A stretch of DNA of 24,191 bases from a virus. Its lineage: Duplodnaviria > Caudoviricetes. A model generated the notes under the pieces. That model was not told the DNA's origin. It made no database searches and saw nothing but the letters and a program-made list of their open reading frames with translations. Location of the stretch: IMG/VR virus record IMGVR_UViG_3300007637_000015, positions 1 through 24,191 of that record. One strand, 5' to 3'. Position numbers and translations under genes: made by a program. This document shows, one piece after another, positions 1 through 7,080 of the stretch (position 1 is the first letter of the stretch; each line of letters opens with the position of its first letter).

Positions 1-10
1 ACACTATAGC

Positions 11-331
11 CTACACTCTTTCCCTACAAGGCGCGTTCTCTTTCAGGTCGGCGGCGTTCTGTTCGAGCCATTGTTCCGCTTCTAACACTTGTTCCGCCCG
101 ATGTTTCCTGTATTCAACGTTAGCACTGGTCACCTCTTCGTCTCCCAGTAACGAATCAATGATAAGCTTGGCATCCGTTAGACTGTATGTAACATCGGTA
201 CAGGTAGTTGACTCTGCGGGTGCTATCCACCATTCACCATCGCGCTTGTCGATACGGTATCCACGGTATGCATACTCGCCGGTGGTGTTGTCTTTAACTG
301 CTTTGAAATTTTGCATGATAATGATTCTCAT
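11..331 (-). CDS. Small hypothetical phage protein, probably first gene of a leftward (early-type) unit; start may be ATG at 316 rather than 331
   Basis: 106-aa ORF diverging from the terminase operon. The YRGYRI...W...SLTDAKLIID pattern resembles small phage early proteins. No function recognisable. Confidence 0.7.
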   Translation of the reverse strand: MRIIIMQNFKAVKDNTTGEYAYRGYRIDKRDGEWWIAPAESTTCTDVTYSLTDAKLIIDSLLGDEEVTSANVEYRKHRAEQVLEAEQWLEQNAADLKENAPCRERV

Positions 332-335
332 TCCC
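314..335. promoter_or_regulatory. Fur-box-like operator
   Basis: TGATAATGATTCTCA (316-330) has 1 mismatch to the 7-1-7 Fur repeat TGATAATnATTATCA. GATAATGATTCTCATTCCC (317-335) is 15/19 to the classical GATAATGATAATCATTATC. It overlaps both candidate start codons of the leftward ORF. Confidence 0.65.
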
Positions 336-359
336 GAATCCGGTCGGGTCTCCGTTGCC

Positions 360-376
360 TAATGGCGAAGCCATTA
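360..376 (+). other. Perfect 7-bp hairpin with GAA triloop (TAATGGC-GAA-GCCATTA)
   Basis: Inverted repeat read directly; the core is GCGAAGC, a known extra-stable DNA mini-hairpin. Confidence 0.6.
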
Positions 377-421
377 GACCGTGAATATCCCTATCGGTCA
401 ATGGCCTTTCCGGACAATCGT

Positions 422-450
422 ATGATAATTGTTACTATTTACTATTTGAA
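422..450 (-). promoter_or_regulatory. Putative leftward sigma70 promoter overlapped by a weaker Fur-like box (423-437)
   Basis: Minus strand reads TTCAAA (450-445), 17 nt, TATCAT (427-422). TGATAATTGTTACTA at 423-437 has 3 mismatches to the 7-1-7 Fur repeat. Confidence 0.4.
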
Positions 451-813
451 TACAATCTTGGGGGTGTGCGTTGTGGTTCCCGATCACACTTGCTCCCGTA
501 TAACAATCAGGCTGTCCGGTTTCAATCAGGCTTGACTGTTTATTCCACATAGTCTGTTTATGCAAGGGGGTCGGGGGGCCAATTTACATACCCCGCCGCG
601 AAGGGTGCCACTCAGACTTGAGAAAAGGCCAAATAAAGCGCTTTAATGCTGGGGGGTGCAAATAAGTCTGAAAACCAGACATACCGTGGCTTTGCGACGT
701 TTAATTGTGAGACATATAACGGGGGGAGTAGACAGATGTGCTCAACGCAGTTGCCATGCCGGAGGCATAACAGTAAATAATTAACAAATATGAAAGAAAT
801 ATGTCGAAAAGTA

Positions 814-842
814 TTGACTTTGTCTTAAAAATATGGTACAAT
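814..842 (+). promoter_or_regulatory. Strong sigma70-type promoter for the terminase/structural operon
   Basis: TTGACT (814-819), 17 nt, TACAAT (837-842), with extended -10 TG at 834-835 and an A/T-rich UP-like tract upstream (~770-810). Confidence 0.8.
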
Positions 843-904
843 AATACTATAAAGAAGAAAAGATAAACCTCTTTAGCTCTTTCTTCTTATTAAGTGTAGG
901 TTTT

Positions 905-928
905 TAGTGTACTGTTTAATGTACACTA
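905..928. repeat. Inverted repeat TAGTGTAC-N8-GTACACTA, candidate operator
   Basis: Perfect 8-bp arms in the leader between the promoter and terS; the same motif recurs at 13296-13317. Confidence 0.5.
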
Positions 929-986
929 TCCATCCATCCAGTAGCAAAGCTATCAGTCTAATTTATGTACCTTAAGGAGGTGATCT

Positions 987-1337
987 GTGTCTACACCGAA
1001 GTCTGGGAACCCTGTAGGGAGGCCAAAGGCTAAGAAATTACCTCGCGGTCGCCCTAAAGGACAGGAAACCATCATGCGAGAATACCGTATGAGGATGCTC
1101 CAGTCTCCCAAGTCGTCTAAGGTGTTGCAAGCTGTTCTGGACACTGCATGTGACCCAGAGCATAAGAACTGGGCAGCAGCCTCTAAGCTGGTAGTGGAGA
1201 GGTTGATGCCCTTGCAGGCGTTTAATGAAATTAAAGCAGAGAACAACAAGATAGAGATTAACATTACAGGTCTAGCTGCTACTGTCTCAACGGAAGATAC
1301 AGTGGAAGCTGAGTTTACGGAGGTTGAGGAGGGGTGA
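987..1337 (+). CDS. terS: Putative terminase small subunit
   Basis: GTG start after AAGGAGG; lies upstream of terL. Basic N-terminus with GRPK/PRGRPK, helical core (WAAASKLVVERLMP) and C-terminal IEINITGL strand typical of TerS. Confidence 0.7.
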   Translation: MSTPKSGNPVGRPKAKKLPRGRPKGQETIMREYRMRMLQSPKSSKVLQAVLDTACDPEHKNWAAASKLVVERLMPLQAFNEIKAENNKIEINITGLAATVSTEDTVEAEFTEVEEG

Positions 1338-1516
1338 AGATCATTCTAGCCTCTATTCTACTGGCTCAGACTGTATCACCTATCAGTGGTTTGACTGTAT
1401 GTGAGCTTGTACGCAAAGCTATCAGTCTCGGAGCAACCTATGAAGAGATTGAAGCAGTACTTAAAGGACACTCAGAAGGTTTAGAGTGCTTACGGAGAGA
1501 ATATATTGAAACTTAA
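1334..1516 (+). CDS. Small hypothetical protein with hydrophobic N-terminus
   Basis: 60 aa; GTGA overlap with the terS stop, GAGGAGG RBS, and overlap with the terL start. Confidence 0.55.
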   Translation: MKIILASILLAQTVSPISGLTVCELVRKAISLGATYEEIEAVLKGHSEGLECLRREYIET

Positions 1517-2765
1517 CCTATCCCTGCTCCCGTGGCAGCTTGAAGTTATGGCTGAACCTGAGCGATTCAAGGTTATTGGAGCTGGACGTAGAACAGGAAA
1601 GAGTCACCTAGCGGCTGTAACACTGGTTCTAGCAGCCCTAGACGATAAGCCGGGTAAGGTGTTCTATGTTGCCCCCACACAGGGGATGGCTAGGGACATT
1701 ATGTGGGATAAGCTGTACGAGATTGCTGGTGATATCATTGAAAGCCACAATATCAACAACCTCACACTCACGCTGACCAATGGAGCCACCATATACTTGA
1801 AGGGTGCAGATCGTCCAGATACTCTTCGGGGCGTAAGCCTTAAGCACCTTGTGTTGGACGAATACGCTTTTATGAAACCTGATGTCTTCGACAGCATCCT
1901 TCGTCCAACCCTCTCCGATAGGAAGGGTACATGTATCTTTATCGGGACACCCGAAGGAAGGAACCACTTCTATGACCTCTACGAGAGGGCGAAGAGTGGG
2001 ACAGACGAAGGATGGGGTGCATGGCACTACACGTCTTACGATAACCCTACAATGGATAAGGAGGAGGTAGATCACGCTAGAGCTACCCTCCCTAACTGGG
2101 CCTTCCAGCAGGAATACATGGCCTCCTTCAGTGCTCAGGGTAGCGAGCACTTTGACGTAGATCACTTCAACTACTACGACAAGCTAGATACTAGCGTCCC
2201 CGGAGATTTCTTCATAGCAGTGGATTTGGCTGGCTTTGAGGAGAAGAAGGGCAGTAAGACTGCCAAGCGGGACAACAGTGCCATAGCATGTGTATACGTC
2301 ACAGACGACGGTGACTGGCATGTTGAGGATATCATCTACGGTAGGTGGACACTGGCAGAGACAGCAGAGAAGATATTCGGCGCTGTCGAGAAGTACAGAC
2401 CACAGAGCATAGGGATAGAGAAGGGCCTAGCACAACAGGCCGTTATGCAACCTCTGCAAGACCTTATGCGCCGTACCAGCCGTGTATTCAGGATTGAGAT
2501 GCTGAGTCACGGTAATACAAAGAAGACAGACAGAATACTATGGGCCTTAGCAGGCAGGTTTGAGAACGGTTTTATTAACCTCAAGCAGGATAAACGATGG
2601 AACCTAGCCTTCATAGATGAGGCCAGTAACTTCCCCTCTACTCTGGTACACGATGATTTGATTGACGCTCTCTCTTATGTCGATCAGATGGTAACCATCC
2701 CGTACAGGTCAGAGATGGATTTTGACACTGACTGGGAACCACTTGACGCAATTTCAGGATACTAG
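1506..2765 (+). CDS. terL: Terminase large subunit
   Basis: Walker A GAGRRTGKS, YVAPT motif, Walker B LVLDEYA, coupling motif FIGTP, RNase H-like nuclease residues IAVDLAG, GIEKG and HDDLIDAL. TTG start with GGAG RBS. Confidence 0.97.
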   Translation: MKLNLSLLPWQLEVMAEPERFKVIGAGRRTGKSHLAAVTLVLAALDDKPGKVFYVAPTQGMARDIMWDKLYEIAGDIIESHNINNLTLTLTNGATIYLKGADRPDTLRGVSLKHLVLDEYAFMKPDVFDSILRPTLSDRKGTCIFIGTPEGRNHFYDLYERAKSGTDEGWGAWHYTSYDNPTMDKEEVDHARATLPNWAFQQEYMASFSAQGSEHFDVDHFNYYDKLDTSVPGDFFIAVDLAGFEEKKGSKTAKRDNSAIACVYVTDDGDWHVEDIIYGRWTLAETAEKIFGAVEKYRPQSIGIEKGLAQQAVMQPLQDLMRRTSRVFRIEMLSHGNTKKTDRILWALAGRFENGFINLKQDKRWNLAFIDEASNFPSTLVHDDLIDALSYVDQMVTIPYRSEMDFDTDWEPLDAISGY

Positions 2766-2767
2766 AC

Positions 2768-4780
2768 ATGAGCGAAGGCTTTAAGGAAGAGATCGACCAC
2801 GCAGCAATGGACTTGGATATCACCGATTGGGTGATAGATCAGGCTAACGAATGGCGTGACTACTTCGATTCTAATTACGATGACAAGTTTCAGGAGTACT
2901 ACCGTCTGTGGCGTTGCCAGTGGGCTGAGGAAGACAAGACTCGTGATTCTGAGCGTAGTCGCCTTATCGCACCCGCTACCCAGCAGGCTGTGGAATCTAA
3001 CGTAGCTGAACTCGAAGAGGCTTCATTCGGTAAGACAGGCGTTCTCTTTGATGTTGAGAACCCCGGACTGGAGAATGACCCACAGATCGAGGTACTGCGT
3101 AACAACCTTACAGAAGACTTCGAGTTAGGTCGTATTCGTGCGTCTATCGGTGAAGTGTTGATTAACGCTGCTGTATACGGTACAGGCGTTGCTGAGATCA
3201 ATATCGAAGAGCAGATGGTCTACACTCCAGCTACCCAACCTATGATGGATGGGGCGTTAGAGGAGATAGGTGTACAGGAAGAATACCGTACAGTCATCAA
3301 GCTGAACCCTCTGCAACCACAGAACTTCCTTATCGATCCAACGGCCACATGCGTAGAAGATGCTAAAGGTTGTGTCGTTGAAGAGTATGTATCCCTACAC
3401 TCAGTAGAGATGCAGCAGGAGTCAGGTATATATGACAGTACAGTGGTGGTAGGTGTTGCCGCTGCTGATGACGATATCGAAGCAGACCGTGAGCTTACCA
3501 CTGAAGCCACTGACCGTGTACGTTTGACTAAGTACTACGGCCTTGTACCTCGTGAAGCCCTTGAGAATCACGGTGTAGAGGTAGAGTCCAAAGACATGTA
3601 TGTAGAGGCTATCGTAGTTATTGCCAACGAAGGCCAGCTACTTAAAGCTATTGAAAGTCCCTATATGTGTAAAGATCGCCCTATTGTGGCGTTCGCTTGG
3701 GATGTAGTTCCTAGTCGCTTCTGGGGGCGTGGAGTCTGTGAGAAGGGCTATATGAGCCAGAAAGCCCTAGATGCGGAGATGCGAGCACGTATCGATGCAT
3801 TAGGACTCACAACCCACCCCATGATGGGTGTCGATGCTACCCGCGTCCCCAGAGGAGCTAGTTTTGAGGTTCGCCCCGGCAAGATGTTTATGACCAATGG
3901 CAATCCTCAGGAGATTCTTACTCCGTTCCACTTCGGGCAGGTCGATCAGATCACCTTCGCTCAAGCTGGAGCATTACAGGAGATGGTACAGAGTGCCACA
4001 GGTGCTGTTGATTCAGCAGGTCTTGCTGGAGCCATGAATGGAGACGGTACAGCAGCAGGGGCCTCTATGTCCCTCGGTGCTATCATCAAGCGACAGAAGC
4101 GCACCCTCGTGAACTTCCAAGAGAACTTCCTGATGCCGTTCGTCCGTAAGGCCGCACAGCGTTACATGCAGTTCGACCCAGAGCGTTACCCTGTAGGAGA
4201 TTACAAGTTCCGAGTGATAGGTTCGCTAGGTGTTATAGCTCGTGAGTACGAAGTAGGACAGCTTACACAGCTTATCCAGAGTCTACCTCCCGGCACTCCA
4301 GCACACACAGCTATCATGTCAGCTATCGTAGAACACCTACAGGTAGCCAACAGAGAACAGGTCATGGAGGCAATCAACAAACCCCCAGAGCCAGACCCTG
4401 AAGCAGCAGAACTGGCCAAGAAGAAGCAAGAGATGGAGATACAGGTTCTCCAAGGTCAGATCGGCGTGTTACAGAGTCAGGCTGCTGAGTCTAACGCTAG
4501 AGCACAGAAGTACATGGTTGAAGCAGAGCTTGCTCCGAAAGAAACCATTATGAAGTATAGCGACATGAACAACGACGGTCAGATGGATGTAGACTTCGAA
4601 CAGAAGATGCGACTGGCAGACCTTGATATCAGATACCGTCAGCTAGAGCAGCAAGAGAAAGAAAAACAAACCTTTGAGAAGGAAGGTGCTGAAGCAGAGC
4701 TGATACGTCAACTGACAGAGCAAGGGGATGAGAGTGCAAGACCTAACGATTCTGGCGCTACTGAAGCGCCTACAGGATAA
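2768..4780 (+). CDS. Portal protein (P22/podovirus type) with C-terminal coiled-coil barrel
   Basis: 670 aa directly after terL. Motifs AAVYGTGV, NFLIDP and PSRFWGRGV; Q/E/K-rich helical C-terminus. Confidence 0.92.
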   Translation: MSEGFKEEIDHAAMDLDITDWVIDQANEWRDYFDSNYDDKFQEYYRLWRCQWAEEDKTRDSERSRLIAPATQQAVESNVAELEEASFGKTGVLFDVENPGLENDPQIEVLRNNLTEDFELGRIRASIGEVLINAAVYGTGVAEINIEEQMVYTPATQPMMDGALEEIGVQEEYRTVIKLNPLQPQNFLIDPTATCVEDAKGCVVEEYVSLHSVEMQQESGIYDSTVVVGVAAADDDIEADRELTTEATDRVRLTKYYGLVPREALENHGVEVESKDMYVEAIVVIANEGQLLKAIESPYMCKDRPIVAFAWDVVPSRFWGRGVCEKGYMSQKALDAEMRARIDALGLTTHPMMGVDATRVPRGASFEVRPGKMFMTNGNPQEILTPFHFGQVDQITFAQAGALQEMVQSATGAVDSAGLAGAMNGDGTAAGASMSLGAIIKRQKRTLVNFQENFLMPFVRKAAQRYMQFDPERYPVGDYKFRVIGSLGVIAREYEVGQLTQLIQSLPPGTPAHTAIMSAIVEHLQVANREQVMEAINKPPEPDPEAAELAKKKQEMEIQVLQGQIGVLQSQAAESNARAQKYMVEAELAPKETIMKYSDMNNDGQMDVDFEQKMRLADLDIRYRQLEQQEKEKQTFEKEGAEAELIRQLTEQGDESARPNDSGATEAPTG

Positions 4781-7070
4781 GGTTAATTCCATATCCAAGC
4801 AGGTTGGCCCTAAGGGTGACCAAGGGCCAGCAGGCAAGGACGGTACAAGCATAAAGGGCGAGAAGGGCGACACTGGAGAGATGGGTGTTGGTCAAGATGG
4901 CCGAGATGGGGATGAAGGCCCCGCAGGTAAGAATGGAGAAGATGGGGTTGGGATATCAGGCGTTACACTTGGTATTGACGACTCGATCATCTTCCAGCTC
5001 TCTAACGGAGACGAAGCTAGTGTAGAGCTACCGCTTACTCAGGGTTCTGGCGATACCATTATCAACAAGGTTGGTGGCGGTAGTGGAACCTCCGGAGGCT
5101 CTCAAGGGCCTCAAGGCCCTGCTGGTTCTGACGGAGCTGACGGTGCCGATGGTGCAGATGGCACTAACGGCAACGATGGAGCACCCGGCCAAGACGGACA
5201 GGATGGAGCACCGGGTGAAGACGGAGCACCGGGGATAGATGGACAAGATGGTGCCGATGGTGCAGACGGCGCTCAAGGCCCAGCGGGAGCTGACGGCACT
5301 AACGGTACAGACGGCACTAACGGTACAGATGGTACTGACGGAATTGACGGTAACGATGGAGCTGACTCTACTGTAGCTGGCCCTCAAGGTGATGTTGGCC
5401 CACAAGGGCCAGAAGGCCCCGCAGGTACTAACGGAACTAACGGAACTAACGGAATTGACGGAGCTGACGGAACTGACGGTGCAGATTCAACCGTACCGGG
5501 GCCAACAGGCCCAGAAGGGCCGCAAGGCCCACAAGGTGAACCCGGAGAATCTGGTGGTGGCTCTGACGCGACTGCACTGGCATATGCAAAGGGTGCGGGT
5601 CTTGCAGTAGAGCAGGGATTACTTGCCGCAGACGGACAGCCTGCCAAGACGGTACTAGCTGTTGGTGCAACTAGCACTGGTAAAGTTCAGGGCTGTAGCT
5701 TGGGTGACGGTAACGTCGTTGAGGTGTATGCCACTGGTGCTGACTTCAACAATGCTACTGTCTTGTACCGCGAGTTCATGGCTGCAGGGGAACCTATCTG
5801 CTTTACAGGTTTGAGTCCCGGCGCGATCATTACCAGCACTCAGGGTTTCTACGGAATGGGCGAGCAGGTTAACGGTAACTACGAAAGCCCTATGCCATTG
5901 CTGAGTCTCGGTTTATCGTTCACGAGTACGTTTGTCTACTGCTTTCGTAATTCAAACAACGCACCGGGGGCTGGCAACTCGACAGGACAGATCGTCATTG
6001 TCAATGGTGCGCTCCCTTCTACAGTGACACTCAGCCGTAACGGTAATCAGGTTTCTGGACAAACGCCTAAAGACCTAGAGCCGTTTGAGCTTTGCTACTT
6101 TTACAGTAGTGCTAACGGTGAATACCTCATTGAGGCAACGTCACCTGTCATGGGATGCGTTCAGGCATTCATGGGGACTAATCCTGCTATTGAGCCGGGA
6201 GACTCTGGTCATTCAAGTCAGAGATTCTACGACGCTCGCCTAATCATGCCACTAACTAACGACGGTATAACATGGCCTCGCTCTGGTTATGTAAGTGCGC
6301 CTTATTCCAACACTGAATCTAAGTACTACGTGCGTGATGGCGCTACTGGCAACTTTCCAACGGTCAGTCCCGGCTCGCCCGTAGACTTCGATGCTAGTAG
6401 CAGTACAGGTGCAAACGATGCGGACTACGAGCCGCGAGGCTGTACACGCCTACGAGCATCCGGTCTGGTATCGGCGTACTCAGGTGCAGATAGTGCTGGG
6501 CTAGAGGCTTCACCGATGATTCCTGTAGCGGCTATGTCGCAAGTGGTTGCACAGCCCTTCTGGATTGACGATTCAGGTGATGGTGGTAACTCTGGCATTG
6601 CTATCGGAAGTCCCTATGAAGGAACTGCCAAGGTCTACGCTTGGAACGGAACAACAGGTGTTGCTGATCTGGCCTATACAGTACCACTAGGTAGAGGAAC
6701 TGCAGGACAGGGAATCGCTCCGACAACACCCGAAGACCAGTACATACCTTGCGCTGGAATGGTGGCTAACGAATCGGGGCTTGCCGCTGACCCTTCAGTT
6801 GTTCAGCTAGTAAATGATCTGGCTCCCGGCTACATTGTGGCTGACGTTCCGATCACAGTGGTGGCACAGAACGCCTTGCCTTCGTTGACACCGGACATAC
6901 GCTCACAGAACGGAACAGTAACGCCTTCAGTTGTGTCTGACGATGACGAGACATTGATGCTCGGGTGGACTCCTCCACAGAAAAAAGCAGAGGTCACTGA
7001 AGACGCAGATGGTTTTACTCGCAAGAGAGTAATCGACAACACAGGCGGTACTACATGGCCTTTAACATAA
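4728..7070 (+). CDS. Collagen-like virion fibre protein with ~480-aa C-terminal beta-rich domain
   Basis: Two Gly-X-Y tracts (~4806-4950 and ~5100-5550; GPQ, GAD, GTD, GTN) followed by a globular region. Overlaps the portal end by 53 nt. Confidence 0.85.
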   Translation: MRVQDLTILALLKRLQDKVNSISKQVGPKGDQGPAGKDGTSIKGEKGDTGEMGVGQDGRDGDEGPAGKNGEDGVGISGVTLGIDDSIIFQLSNGDEASVELPLTQGSGDTIINKVGGGSGTSGGSQGPQGPAGSDGADGADGADGTNGNDGAPGQDGQDGAPGEDGAPGIDGQDGADGADGAQGPAGADGTNGTDGTNGTDGTDGIDGNDGADSTVAGPQGDVGPQGPEGPAGTNGTNGTNGIDGADGTDGADSTVPGPTGPEGPQGPQGEPGESGGGSDATALAYAKGAGLAVEQGLLAADGQPAKTVLAVGATSTGKVQGCSLGDGNVVEVYATGADFNNATVLYREFMAAGEPICFTGLSPGAIITSTQGFYGMGEQVNGNYESPMPLLSLGLSFTSTFVYCFRNSNNAPGAGNSTGQIVIVNGALPSTVTLSRNGNQVSGQTPKDLEPFELCYFYSSANGEYLIEATSPVMGCVQAFMGTNPAIEPGDSGHSSQRFYDARLIMPLTNDGITWPRSGYVSAPYSNTESKYYVRDGATGNFPTVSPGSPVDFDASSSTGANDADYEPRGCTRLRASGLVSAYSGADSAGLEASPMIPVAAMSQVVAQPFWIDDSGDGGNSGIAIGSPYEGTAKVYAWNGTTGVADLAYTVPLGRGTAGQGIAPTTPEDQYIPCAGMVANESGLAADPSVVQLVNDLAPGYIVADVPITVVAQNALPSLTPDIRSQNGTVTPSVVSDDDETLMLGWTPPQKKAEVTEDADGFTRKRVIDNTGGTTWPLT
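5100..5550 (+). repeat. Collagen-coding tandem repeats
   Basis: 9- and 18-nt units such as gacggcactaacggtaca x2 and ggaactaac tandems; the DGADSTV(A/P)GP interruption occurs twice. Confidence 0.85.
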
Positions 7071-7080
7071 CGGGTAAACC

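Noticed and set aside
159-535. Plus-strand ORFs 159-362 and 311-535
   Set aside because: They overlap the better leftward gene and the regulatory elements, and have no clear RBS or protein-like features.
541-549. DnaA box (TATTCCACA)
   Set aside because: Single copy with a mismatch to TTWTNCACA; expected by chance.
4716-4780. Programmed frameshift fusing portal to the collagen protein
   Set aside because: The collagen ORF is in the +1 frame with a stop just upstream (~4713), has its own ATG after a purine-rich AAGGGG, and no slippery sequence is evident. A simple overlap suffices.
5100-5550. CRISPR-like or non-coding tandem array
   Set aside because: Repeats are in-frame Gly-X-Y codons without unique spacers.
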